From contig NC_043000.1 of the NCBI RefSeq assembly GCF_006345805.1, positions 160,518,001-160,582,000 of the forward strand: a stretch of DNA of 64,000 bases, given 5' to 3'. The position numbers and the translations under genes were made by a program. The stretch is from Octopus sinensis (taxonomy: Eukaryota). Positions 27,147 to 40,700 of the stretch are shown piece after piece (within the stretch, counting starts at the first letter, position 1; every line of letters begins with the position of its first letter). The notes under the pieces were generated by a model that was not told where the DNA came from, made no database searches, and saw only the letters and a program-made list of their open reading frames with translations.

Positions 27147-27562
27147 ATGGATCTGTCAAAGCCCGATATTCGAGCTATTTTGCCATTCAACTTCAAAAAG
27201 GGGGCATAAAGCAGCTGAAACTGCTCGCGATACCAACGAAACTTTTGGTGAGGAAATGACCAGTGAGTGGTCAGTTCGAAAATTGCTTAAACGATTTCGC
27301 AGGGGAGACCTGAGCCTTGAAGTTCGTGAGCGTAGTGGATGCCCATCTGTCGTCGATGACGGTTAATTATAAACCGGCATTGAGAAAAATTTATATAAAA
27401 CAACTCAAGAACTGGCAAAAGAACTTCAAGTTAGCCAGAAAACTGCCTGCAAACGTTTGCATGAAATCGAAAAATCAAAAGGGGTCGACAAACCACATGA
27501 TTTGAATGAGAAACAGAAAATGCGCAGATATGAAATTTGCTCATCACTTCTTCATAAATAGA
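27147..27562 (+). mobile_element. mariner transposase N-terminal (HTH) relic
   Basis: MDLSKPDIRAIL..FKKG.KAAETARDTNETFGE..RFRRGDLSLEVRERSGCPS..TTQELAKELQVS..PHDLNEKQKMRRYEICSSLL, with stops and a frameshift. Confidence 0.85.
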
Positions 27563-28064
27563 CTGCTCAACCTCACGTTTCACAAATGTTCGCAGCTTTA
27601 TACTAACGATCAGGTCTTGCTGAAACAGCATATATTCTACACAAGAAAGTTTCCATTCACTCGCACAACATTAACTGTGCATACACTTCAAAATTACTTT
27701 ACGTTTTGTATAAGGGTTATTGCGGAAGAGCAATACTAAAAATAACTCAGTAACAAAACAGCTTAACTTTGAAGTAAATTACACCGTAGGACACTAAGAG
27801 CTATATAATAATCATTTCTAATTTTGGAACAAGGTCAACAATTGTTGACGAGAGAGCGAAGTCATTACATCAATACCAATGCTCAGTTGTTACTATTTTG
27901 TACCAAAATAGATGTAAAGATGAAAGACAAAAATCAAATAGATTCCCAATGAGGTAATGTAAAGCACAGGAAGAAAGCGTTACACATATAGTTAGCGAAT
28001 GTGGTAAGCTAGCACTGATGGAATACATGAAGAGAAGGAAAACAAGAAAAGACATGCTAACTTA

Positions 28065-28533
28065 GTAAGTATAATCCACTGGGAGATATGTAGAATGCTC
28101 GGATTTGAACATACTGATAAGTGGTATGAACACTAGCATAGTAATGTATTAGAAGTAAGAAAAATGAAAAGACGTAGGGATCTTAACATTCAGACTAACA
28201 GAATAATAAAAGCTGGAAGGCCGGATTTAGTACAAGTAAACAAAAAGAATAGAAAGTAGCAGGATTTTAACTTCGCAATCCCAAAGGATGATAAATTCAA
28301 TATGAGATGTATAGAGAAAAAAATGTGAAGTACCAGGACCTAGCCATTGAATTACAGAGGCTATGGAAAGTACGAGTAAAATATATCCCTGTCGTTATGG
28401 GTACATTAGGAACTATTCGTTAAGATTTGAACACGTTGATGGAAGAAATAGTCATAAAACATCGTTTAGTGCAGATGCAGTAAACATTATTATTAGGCAT
28501 AGGTAGAATACATTGGAAGGTTCTTGGCATTTA
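28065..28533 (+). mobile_element. older R4/Dong-type endonuclease-domain relic
   Basis: IHWEICRMLGFEHTDKWYEH; IQTNRIIKAGRPDLV; KYQDLAIELQRLWKVRVKYIPVVMGTLG; LLLGIGRIHWKVL. Broken frames. Confidence 0.82.
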
Positions 28534-29934
28534 AGGGTTATTTTGTAGCGCGATGTTAGGGATTTTCCTACAATCCTGCTTGATTGGAGTTGTTTAGAGC
28601 CAAACAACGTCATCAACAACTGCAAGAATTCGTGCGTTTGTGAATGGGTTGGATTTAAGGAACAAGTTATAAATCAAACAGTTTAAGGAAAAAGCAAATA
28701 CATGCAAGACGTTGCTGAATCTTAAATGACATGAAGATCACTTTTAAGGGGCATAAATATTTGCTGATTGAAGACAAGAATAAAAGAATAATTATAACAA
28801 GCAAATAAATTGGTATGAATAACATTTACAAAATTGTAAATCATGCACGAAATGAAACCATATATTGGAATTAAAGTTTTCAATTTCACTTAGCTATGAA
28901 ATATTCTCTTATAACAGTTGCCTGGAAATATAGAAATATATTCCTCAAGTGTCATATATTCCTTCAGGATTGGATATATTGTATGTCTTGTATCTGCGAA
29001 TATCGCAATGAATGCTATGAAACTCAAAAGGTTTCATTACTTCAGAATGCTGAATTCAAAACCTTATCAAACCTTCTATGTATTCCACGTTCCTAAGAGA
29101 TCTTGATACTAACATTATTACAAAGGGTTAAATATTGAAGCGCACATATCACAACAGGTAAACTTTAAAGCACTGGTTCGTAACGAGAACATGCAGCTTA
29201 GATATATACTTAATGTTACGCAAATATATGTCTAAAATTTTCTACACAACACCGGAATATGTTGCCTCTCTCCGGGTTGTTGTGGTGGTATATAACCTGT
29301 CAAACACACCATAAGTTTTTAAAGATTTCCTGGTATGATATACTTCATACACCTTCAAACAGGGAGCTAAGAAATAAGTCAAGTATTGCACACGCGCGCA
29401 CGCACGCACACACACACACTAACTACAAACACACATGCACACACACACACTAACTACAAACACACATGCACACACACAGACACACGAACACCCGCATACA
29501 CATGAACACACACATACACACAACACACATGTATGTGTCTATAGATATGTATGTGTACGTGCACAAACTAACGTATATTCAAAACTACACCACACGCATT
29601 CACACACACACGACACACTCACACACATACGCACACACAGACACATATTAATTAATTGATTCCTTAACTTACAGTTTCAAGTCACATCAAATATAATCGG
29701 TATCTGAAATAAGTTTAAACTTTTGTGAATTTTTGATAGGTTATATAAACTCGTAGAGATGCACACTGCTCCGTTATAACATACAAACACGCACACACAC
29801 ACACACACAGGTAGGTGAGCATTCGCGTGAGTGTGTATGTGTGTGTGTGTGTGTGTGGTGTGTGTGCTCGCGCGTAGGTGTGTATACACACATAATATTA
29901 TGCATACAGACACGATATTATACATATCTCCCAA

Positions 29935-30152
29935 GGTTGCAAGCTGGTAGAATCGTTAGCTCGCTAGACAAAATGCTTAGCTGAATTTCATTTGTCTCTC
30001 TGTTCTGAAATCAAAATCCACTGAAGTCGGTTTTGTCGTTCTTCTTTTGAGGGGTCCATGAAATATATATCAGTTGAGCACTGGGTTCGATCTGATCGAC
30101 TAGTCCGTTTCCCAAACATTTCAGACTTCGTACCTATAGTAGGAAAACATTA
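29935..30152 (+). mobile_element. SINE family C, degenerate
   Basis: gctggtagaatcgttagc...ctgggttcgatctgatcgact matches 53623-54035. Confidence 0.65.
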
Positions 30153-30164
30153 TACATCTGTCTA

Positions 30165-30564
30165 TCTTTATTTATAAAAGTGAAGTTGTGTGTCTGTCTC
30201 CTACGATTTAGATTCCTAACTACTCCCACATTTTGCGGTGCAGTTTAACCAAAACCGGGTATCTTATAGTCGTGATTCATTTCGAGCCCTTGTGGGTATT
30301 AGCGCGCGTCTACGATGAGTCTACGATTTTAAAAATAATTTACCATAATTTTTTTTTCATTTTAATGCATTTTTTCGCTATTATATAGGGGAAGTAACTC
30401 TCTAAAAATGTCTACCATGAGTCAACGATTTTTAAAAAAAGTTACCATCATTTTTTTTCCATTTTTAATGCATTTTTTTTGCTATTTTTTGGCTATAACA
30501 CTCTAAAAATGCTTATATAGTTATTTCCCTTACAAACCCGAGCAACGCCGGGCGATACTGCTAG
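30165..30564 (+). mobile_element. non-autonomous Helitron
   Basis: 5' A|TC, 3' hairpin CCCG-agcaacgc-CGGG followed by CTAG|T. Near-identical family members at 54605-55515. Confidence 0.85.
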
Positions 30565-30599
30565 TATACCTATAGAACAATTACTGCATTGAAATATAT

Positions 30600-30815
30600 C
30601 TGGAAATATGACATTATTAAACAAAAATAACACATCGATTAAGTTGCTTGATGGACACTCTCCTGAAACCATTTCTAAAACATATCAAGAGTTATAATAG
30701 GGATATGTTAAATCACCTTCGAGATAGGGTCGAGGAGGAAACAATCGTTGTATCATTCGATGTGATTAATGTACACACCAGCATACCCCATATATATGGA
30801 ATGGAAGCAATCCCT
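30600..30815 (+). mobile_element. PLE reverse-transcriptase fragment (different from 15190-17088)
   Basis: DTLLKPFLKHIKSYNRD..IVVSFDVINVHTSIPHIYGMEAI matches the PLE RT pattern LLKP..SY++D..VSFDV.SLYT.IPH..G+EAI. Confidence 0.72.
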
Positions 30816-31036
30816 TCATCATACATGCAGTAATCACATTCGGTTAAAATGTCTTGTTGATGTGTTTTGTTTCTCTTTTTTTACCCGATGGGAAGATTGC
30901 ATTGTTTTACATCATTTTATTCCTTCTGGAATAATATCAATGTTTTCTTCGAAACATATGTCGGAAGCATAAAGATTTGAATAACACCTGTGTTTAACTC
31001 CATTTATATATGTGTGTCTATTTATGTGTGTTTATG

Positions 31037-31076
<40 letters not shown>

Positions 31077-32081
31077 GAGAGAGAGAGATAAAGGGAGAGA
31101 GAGAGATTTGTTTGTGCGTGTGTAGGTGCGTCCGTGTCTGTGTTTGTCCTCTACCACCGCATGACAACCGTGGTATTGGTGTGTTTACGCCCCCATTTAC
31201 TCTGCAGTTCGAGAAAGGAGACCGATATGATAAATACTGATGTCGATTCATTGGAATAAAATTCTTCCGGGTTGTGCTACACCACAGCTTCAGTCTAATG
31301 AATGAAACAAATAAAAGAATAACAGAATAACAGAATCCTCTCAGACTTTATTCTAACTCCAAAGACATGTCTTTATCCCGAGAACATTGGCTTCATGCAA
31401 TCTCCACCATGCTTATATTTGAGCAGAATATTAACTGCAACAGTTTTGCCTCAGCCCTGTTTCGAAGGGTACATGAATGCCAAAGTCACTGGTCTTTCAC
31501 CTAGACTCATGAAAAGAATATTTATAATATAATCTCTGTATAGTATTTAATGTTCCATGTACATCACAATTATCTTCTGTTGCAAAAAATATATGCAGAT
31601 ACAATAATTCTTGGACAGAATACTAAGTACCACCTTCAGGTTGTAGTTTCTTAATGCAATGAAAAGGCTTAAGCAAAGCTAATCTCTATTCAACAATACT
31701 GAAATTCTTTACTGTTCAAAATTCGATGATATATAGTATATATATATAACAAAATTTTCCTGTATTCCCGCCTCTTTCCCAATGGTTGTATTGCATTAAA
31801 CATCTCTGCTTAGTTTTCATCATTCTTTCCTCTTCACTCCCTTGTTTTGCTTCTTTTCCGCTGACTCTGCAGTGCTGAATCCGTCTTTCGCTTAATCATC
31901 AATTGCTCTATATTCAATACTTACCAACTTGTTATCAATCTCTTCTCCCTCTTTAGGTATCTATATCCATTACTCTCTTTCGCTGTCCTTATATTTCTCC
32001 ATTTCCTCCTCTTATAATTTCAGATCTACGATAAGCTGTAGCTTCGCTCCCGCTACTCACCCTTATTTCCTCTTTCCTTTG

Positions 32082-32117
<36 letters not shown>

Positions 32118-32184
32118 CTTTCCTTCTCTAGCTATGAGCTTATTCTTTCATATCTCACGCTTGTACTTTTAATATTTGTCTGTA

Positions 32185-32281
<97 letters not shown>

Positions 32282-32286
32282 GTCTG

Positions 32287-32350
<64 letters not shown>

Positions 32351-32956
32351 GCTGAGTCTATCGTCAATATTGCCACGCCTCCTTCCTTCAAACGGGAAGG
32401 AAGAGCTATTTTCATCATCCTTGTGGCTATGGCAAAAGAATGTATCTGGTGGACGCGTCTGAAAGGATTGGAGACAAACACTTTCCTCTCTGGTCAATCT
32501 CTCATCAACGTCTTCAAGTACCACTTGAAAAGGAAAGTGAGAGTAGAGAGGCAAGTTTTGTCTAGCGAATGTTTTAAAAAATGATGGGTGAAGGTAGCAA
32601 GAATGGCACGTATGAATGACGAAGCCACCTTGAGCATAATCCTATGAACCCAGAAATTGAAAACAGAGAGTTGCTTATTTACAAAAAAAAAAAGAAATAT
32701 AACATGTGACTTCATTGACCGAGGTTACCGTGGTCTTTTCCGTAGGCTTTTCTTTCCACGGGTAAACCTCACCTGTCCTCCCCTTTACCCTTCATATTGA
32801 CATTTCTGTGATAACGATCCCTATTGATCAAATTTTTTTTTTTACCCCCCACCTTTTTTTTTGTCCTCTTTCTCTCCTTTTACGAACCCTTTTGATCGAA
32901 ACTCCCCCTTCCTTTTTTTTTTAACCTTCAAAAGAAAATCTCTACCTTGTAATTTG
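32351..32956 (+). mobile_element. Tx1/L1-clade LINE 3' end (ORF2 C-terminus + 3'UTR) within (TATC)n
   Basis: 32351-32647 translates as [52 protein letters not shown].. with one internal stop. (TATC)n immediately on both sides. Clade call is from motif memory. Confidence 0.68.
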
Positions 32957-32986
32957 TTCTATCTATCTATCTATATATATATCTAC

Positions 32987-33018
<32 letters not shown>

Positions 33019-33019
33019 G

Positions 33020-33061
<42 letters not shown>

Positions 33062-33070
33062 CCTATCTAT

Positions 33071-33128
<58 letters not shown>

Positions 33129-33649
33129 TTATCTTTCAATCAAACTGGAAATTCGCTACGCCGTTTCCACTTCATTTGCTTCACTTTCCCTTCCTCCCCT
33201 CTTTCAGACTTAATCCTACTTTATTGCTACTCCGTTCCCTGTTATCCTTCTTTCACACCTACACTCCTACGCTTATATTTGTATTCCTCATCACTGCTTC
33301 CCCATCTTCATGTCTATTATTCAGTGTCTGCATTTTTTTATTTTACCGTTATCGTAATCAGTTAATTTTCTCTTGCTACAGCTACCTTTTATACTCGTAC
33401 CTTCTTTTAGGCCTTCACACCTGCCCAGTCTCTCGCTTTCTTTATTTTCTCACTTTTCGTCTTACATAATATTTCTATATCCTATTCCTTCAGTTTCCTT
33501 ATTTCTCCTTCCTACCTCATTATATATATCCTCATATCTGTTCTGCTTTAACTTAGATATTCAACGATCACACTTGCAAATTATTTGCACCTTTCATTTC
33601 TTATTTAAGTCACATTTTCCAAATTTGATATTTAGGACCTTTTATCAAT

Positions 33650-33870
33650 TAACAGGGCTTCTATTAATGAAGAATTTCTGCACAACGTCAGCAAGTTCCA
33701 GGATGAGGGTAAGTCGATTACATCAACACTAGTGTTCAGTTGGTACTTTTTTATCGTCATCGAAAGTATGAAAGGCAAATAAGACATCGGCGGAATTTGA
33801 ACTCAGAATCTAGCGATAGAAGAAATACTGCTAAGAATGTCACCCGGCATGCTAATGATTCTACCTGCTA
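33650..33870 (-). mobile_element. SINE family C, degenerate
   Basis: Reverse complement matches the family C head and core. Confidence 0.65.
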
Positions 33871-33883
33871 CATCATACACACA

Positions 33884-34031
<148 letters not shown>

Positions 34032-34399
34032 TTAATAAATCTAAGGGTACCAAAAACATTTTTAGAAAAATTCTTTGCTACCAGTGGTCTAGCGAGAAGG
34101 AAAAATTAGTCAATTAATTACATATTATTCATAGAAAAATACAGTGTACATTTAAACACAAGAGATGACCATAGAAAGATGACTCACCAGAAAGAGCAGT
34201 TAAACTCCAAACCACTATAATATATAGATACGAGGCATGGTTCTTATCACCTCGTGCCAATATGTTAGCCTTGGCTTCCTGCTGAAGATGGCAACGCCAA
34301 TTGTAAATTAAAATCATTTTATTTTATTTACAAAAGATTGCCGAAACTATGCATAGTCCAGGAAAGATAGGGTAAACGTTTTTTATTTCTCATTCGCTT

Positions 34400-35660
34400 T
34401 CAGAATTACAACTCTGATTCCCAACACGGCTTCGTGCCGAAGAGATCATGCTCGACCAACTTACTGGTAATTGAATGACTGGTGACGCGCATCCTTGATG
34501 ATAGTGATGCTGTTGACATCGTTTTATTGGACTCTGCCAAAGCTTTTGACTCGGTAAACCACCGCCTATTACTTGTCAAGCTTCAAGCATATAGTTTCCA
34601 TCCGGATATTGTACGATGGGTTGGTGCCTTCCTCTCAGATCGCTCCTTCCAAGTCCAAGTTAATGGTTCGCGGTCCGACGTCTCCAGTGCGAGCAGTGGC
34701 GTGCCTCAAGCTTCAGTGCTTGGGCCCTTATTGTACTTAGTCTTCATAAATGACTTGCCCGACGACCTCACGCAACACACCCTTCTATTTGCCGACGATG
34801 TCAAACTGGTCGCTTCTCGCGGTGATATAGAGGATCTTCGTCGATGCCTCCACCAAATTTGGAAGTGGTCTACGAATGGGACCTGTGTCTGAACGTGTCA
34901 AAGTGCTGTCATCTGCTTGTTGGCTCTCCTCCGGCAACTCAACTTGATTTCAAGCCGGGTCGTCTGCTGCTGGAGAGGACCAATCAGGTGAAGGACCTGG
35001 GTATCTTGGTGGATTCCTCCTTTTCGCCTTCGGCCCAGTGCGTCCATGCTGCCAACAAAGCACGCGGAATTCTGTTCTTGATTCGACCGTCATTCAGAAT
35101 GCTCACAGCAGCCATATTCCTACCGCTCTATGTCACGCTGGTGAGACCCATATTGGAGTACGGGATTCAAGCCTCTTCTCCTTATCTCTTCAAAGACATA
35201 CAGCATCTCGAAAGAGTCTAGAAGCTGGCTACCCACATGGTTCTTGGTCTCAAGAATTTGCCTTATGAAGAAAGGCTGAAGGCGTTCGACCTTTATTCTC
35301 TAGAAAAACGACGACGTCGTGGAGATCTCATTCTTGCTCACAACATCATAAGTGGAAAGTGTAACCTCCCGAAAGAGCTGTTCTTCACTCCTGCTCCAGA
35401 GCGTCGGCTGCGAGGTCATTCCGAAAAGATCTATCTGCGACGATTTCATCTCAATCGAAGGAGAGGGGCTTTCTCCGTCCGGGTTGCGGATCCGTGGAAT
35501 AAGCTGCCAGACGAGATGGTGAAGATGCCGACGACCGCTCGGTTCAAAGTCTCCCTTGACCTCAAGTGGCCTGAACTCTTTACATGAACACCACCCTGTA
35601 CATAACTCCATGTCCCCCTACATGGCCTTGCTTTTTGCTTTGTGAGCCAAAAAATTAACT
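34400..35660 (+). mobile_element. 5'-truncated CR1-clade LINE (RT domain to 3' end)
   Basis: QHGFVPKRSCSTNLL; LDSAKAFDSVNH; GVPQASVLGPLLYLVFINDL; LFADDVKL; LNVSKC; LVRPILEY; RGHSEK..FSVRVADPWNKLP. Few disablements: TGA at ~34476, frameshift at ~34880, TAG at 35219. Confidence 0.92.
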
Positions 35661-35943
35661 AGGTCATCCCTTGTGCTTAAATGTACACTGTATTTACACA
35701 CACACACACACACACATACACACACACATACATATATATATATAATGTAAGACTGAAGATGGAATATACGAGCATTTATTTATTGTTAATCACGACAATT
35801 CTTTCCACACATCTAGCATCTGTGGAATACTCAACGACTAGTTCAGGAGAATCCGGCGGTGCAGGTATATCTTTTCAAGTGATATATTGATACGACTCAT
35901 TAAAATAATAGTTCTGCAATGTAAGTATTAAAATCTCGTATGT

Positions 35944-36373
35944 AGGAGTGGCTGTGGGGTAAGTAGCTTGCTTACCAACCACATGATTCCGGATTCAGTC
36001 CCACTGCGTGGCACGTTGAGCAAGTGTCTTCTACTATAGCCTCGGGCCGACCAAAGCCTTGTGAGTAGATTTGGTAGACGGAAACTGAAAGAAACTGAAA
36101 GAAACCCGTCGTATATATGTATATATATATATATAGATATATGTACGTGTGTGTGTGTATGTTTGTGTGTCTGTGTTTGTCCCTCCCCCAACATCGCTTG
36201 ACAACAGATGGTGGTGTGTTTACGTCCTTGTAACTTAGCGGTTCAGCACAAAAGAACGATAGAATAAGTACTAGGCTTACAAAGAATAAGTCCTGGGGTC
36301 GATTTGTTCGACTAAAGGCGGTGTTCCAGCATGACCACAGTCACATGACTGAAACAAGTAAAAGAGTAAAGAG
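35944..36373 (+). mobile_element. SINE family A, full length
   Basis: Head, internal gaaactgaaa duplication, central microsatellite and tail. Confidence 0.88.
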
Positions 36374-36444
36374 TATATATATATTTACATATCTATTTAT
36401 CCATATATATCTATATCTATATCTATCTATATATATATAGAAAA

Positions 36445-36740
<296 letters not shown>

Positions 36741-36959
36741 TGTATATGCATATATCCAAGAATATATAACAACATATTACAGTCACTCATGACAGGAAAC
36801 AGGGGAATCTTTAGGCGGATCAATGTTTACAGTGTTCGTAAATACGAACCTGAGTCATTAACACGTAGCATTCCTGGAATTATCGAGTAGTTTAGTTTTC
36901 GTTGTCACTAATCATCAATTCTATGCTGTGAAAGCATGTTCGCATTCAACAGAATTTGT

Positions 36960-37260
36960 AAGGTTAGTGGGTCGCGTATTATGTTCCACTGCTACCCACT
37001 AACATCGATGACATTAAACAACGAATAACAACAGCGATCAACTCAGTGAATTGTGATGTGCTGAAGCGCCTCTGGTAGGAATTCACTTATCGCATTAATG
37101 TTGCCCTGCTGCAAGTGGTGGCTACATTGATCACTTGTAAGACAGAAACTAAAAGTTGACCGTGAGTAAATACTTGTGACACACCTGGAGTTTTCTATTG
37201 CTTTCCCTTATTAAAATATTGCTTGATAAAATCGGTCCATTCTTCCTGAATAGCCCTGTA
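36960..37260 (+). mobile_element. Tc1/mariner (DD37D-type) 3' end with TIR (duplicated at 37896-38196)
   Basis: YVPLLPTNIDDIKQRITTAINSVNCDVLKRLW*EFTYRINV..SGGYIDHL*, ending ttcctgaatagccctg|TA. Confidence 0.78.
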
Positions 37261-37265
37261 TATAC

Positions 37266-37352
<87 letters not shown>

Positions 37353-37387
37353 ATCTATCTATCTATCTATCTATCTATCTCTCTCTC

Positions 37388-37450
<63 letters not shown>

Positions 37451-37451
37451 A

Positions 37452-37485
<34 letters not shown>

Positions 37486-38226
37486 AAGTTAATCCAAACA
37501 AGAAATTACAAATAACACAACAACGCGAGGACGTGGAACAAATATAGTATTATTGGACGCTCAGGAAAGAAGGAGGGTTTAACGTTTCGAGCGGAACTCT
37601 TCGTAGGAAACATAGGAGAAGGAAAGATCAAGAGAAGGGAAGACAGAGGAAAAAGTCGCCACAACGTGAAGGTTCATGTATATGCATATATCCAAGAATA
37701 TATAACAACATATTACAGTCACTCATGACAGGAAACAGGGGAATCTTTAGGCGGATCAATGTTTACAGTGTTCGTAAATACGAACCTGAGTCATTAACAC
37801 GTAGCATTCCTGGAATTATCGAGTAGTTTAGTTTTCGTTGTCACTAATCATCAATTCTATGCTGTGAAAGCATGTTCGCATTCAACAGAATTTGTAAGGT
37901 TAGTGGGTCGCGTATTATGTTCCACTGCTACCCACTAACATCGATGACATTAAACAACGAATAACAACAGCGATCAACTCAGTGAATTGTGATGTGCTGA
38001 AGCGCCTCTGGTAGGAATTCACTTATCGCATTAATGTTGCCCTGCTGCAAGTGGTGGCTACATTGATCACTTGTAAGACAGAAACTAAAAGTTGACCGTG
38101 AGTAAATACTTGTGACACACCTGGAGTTTTCTATTGCTTTCCCTTATTAAAATATTGCTTGATAAAATCGGTCCATTCTTCCTGAATAGCCCTGTATATA
38201 CCTATCTATCTATCTATCTATCTATC

Positions 38227-38264
<38 letters not shown>

Positions 38265-38299
38265 ATCTATCTATCTATCTATCTATCTATCTCTCTCTC

Positions 38300-38366
<67 letters not shown>

Positions 38367-38929
38367 AACATACAAATATGTTCGTCATATTCCGTGTTTC
38401 ACTGAGCGTAATTTGTCTATCGTTGCATATATTATTCAAGGGGTTTTCCAATATTTGAATATATGACATTCTTACGTGCACGCCGTCTTGAAGGAGTTTT
38501 ATGAAGAATTTTATTTTAATGGAATCTTTACCAACTAATATTCTAGTTACGATGTTTTAGAAATTATTTTATTATTAAATAAAATTCGAGTATACAAAAT
38601 AAAATATGGTGAATAAGATATTCAAATTAAATAAGCTTTTTTTTCATCGTTACTTCATTCTATTTCTCATTTAATATGCATGGAGTAGAAAGAAGTGTTC
38701 AAAATTTGAGAATGCACTAAATATATTGAGTGCATTACTCTATTTCAGTGAAAAAGTAGATGGAGGACTGCTGCAAACACGAGGAAAATCATTTATTTGC
38801 TTTTCTAGAACTATTTAAGGCCTGTGTTTTAATATTGCCGCAAATAAGCCTCTATTAAAACGAAATCTGTATTATTTTTTGCTACATATGTTTTAAGGAA
38901 ACGACCGCTATTCTGCTACAGTACCTGCA

Positions 38930-38988
<59 letters not shown>

Positions 38989-39199
38989 TATCACACACAT
39001 ATGTGTACGTGATTGCTTGCATGTATATATATATATATATATATATAATTTTAAATCTTTAATATTTTTAACTGCCCTATCTTATGTTAAGGAAGTCATT
39101 TAATACTAGATAATATAGACATATAAGCGGATACATGCGTGTGTGTTTTTGTGTGAATGTATTTTTATGTATGTGGATATATATATATGTATATATATA

Positions 39200-39300
39200 T
39201 AGTTAATATAAACAAGAAAACACAAAAAAAAAAACAAAAAAAAACACAACAACGCGAGGACATGGAACAAATAAAGTTTTATTGGACGCTCAGAAAAGAA
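39200..39300 (-). mobile_element. PLE tail fragment, same family as 36548-36740
   Basis: acaacaacgcgaggacatggaacaaata...ttggacgctcag matches 36580-36628. Confidence 0.65.
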
Positions 39301-39425
39301 GGGAAGAACGTTCATGGAAAAAGATGCGTGGCATTTCATCATATAATAATATAAATGATATATAAATATTTGCATGTATACATATATATGTACATACCTA
39401 CACACACACACTCACACACACATAT

Positions 39426-39481
<56 letters not shown>

Positions 39482-39510
39482 AATATATATATATATATAC
39501 AGGCATATAT

Positions 39511-39855
39511 GGGTACAGGACATAAAAAAAGCGTTAAACACAATGAGAAACGGAAATATAAAAACAAAAACAGAGAAACGAGACATGCAACATAAAGAAT
39601 ATTACCCTTCTTCAGTTGTCCCTGTTTCATCTACTCCGCGGGACGAAGACAAGGACAATACGTGACTTTGTTGAAACAATCCTTCCCGCAAAGCAAATTT
39701 AATAAAATTCGAAACTTTTCGCGGAGGGTGTAAGTGGAAAGAAAAACAGGACAGTGATAACAAAACAGTAAAAACAAACGGTGAGGACTGTTATGCCGTT
39801 TTTTTTTATGTTTTCATTTCTTATTGTGTTTAACGCCTTTTGATGTCCTCTACCC
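39511..39855. repeat. element with ~60-bp inverted terminal arms (probable inverted PLE tails)
   Basis: gggtacaggacataaaaaaagcgttaaacacaat... versus ...attgtgtttaacgcctttttgatgtcctctaccc; TA-rich on both outer sides. Confidence 0.7.
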
Positions 39856-39870
39856 ATATACTCTACTTTT

Positions 39871-40252
39871 TACTCTTTTACTTGTTTCAGTCATTTGACT
39901 GCGGCCATGCTGGAGCACCGGGACTTATTCTTTGTTAGCCCAGTACTTATTCTATCGGTCTCTTTTTGCCGAACCGCTAAGTGACGGGGACGTAAACACA
40001 CCAGCATCGGTTGTCAAGCAATGCTAGGGAGACAAACACAAACACACAAACACATACACACACATACATATATATATATACATATATACGACAGGCTTCT
40101 TTCAGTTTCCGTCTACCAAATCCACTCACAAGGCATTGGTCGACCCGGGACTATAGTAGAAGACACTCGCCCAAGATGCCACGCAGTGGGACTGAACCCG
40201 GAACCATGTGGTTGGTTAGCAAGCTACTTACCACACAGCCACTCCTGCGCCT
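39871..40252 (-). mobile_element. SINE family A, internally deleted
   Basis: Reverse complement of head, body and tail. Confidence 0.85.
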
Positions 40253-40379
40253 ATTTGTAAATTTTACTATTAAAACTACTTCTCACTTTGGTTTCACCCC
40301 ACACATACCTTTCCTTAACCATGCCTTAATGCAGCACAATCATAACACCCCTACTCACGCATCTCACTCTTATTCACTC

Positions 40380-40700
40380 CTTGCCTTCTTATCTCTTCCT
40401 ATCCCCTCTCCTTCCTGTCCCATCCTCCCCTACCCCTCTCTCATCTTCTCCCACTCATCTCTCCTCCTCCCCTCCCCCACTCCTCTCCCATTCTCACGTC
40501 CCCCACCCTTCACCCATCCTCCCTTCCCTTACTTCTTTTCTCACTTATTTCACCTTTTCTTCACTTTCTCACTTCTGTCACTTTTTTCTCTTTTCTCCAT
40601 TTTATTTGATTTATTTTTCATTTTATAATTTTATTTATTTTTCTCTCTCTTTTCCCCTCTTTCTTCCTCTCATTTTCTCTTCCTGTCTTCATTTTGACCA
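40380..40700. repeat. C/T-rich low-complexity tract
   Basis: Directly visible; explains ORFs 40011..40628 and 40381..41007. Confidence 0.85.

Noticed and set aside
39600-39645. GAAAC...CTGAAGA on the minus strand as a permuted hammerhead
   Set aside because: No GUH triplet or stem III/I pairing between the motifs.
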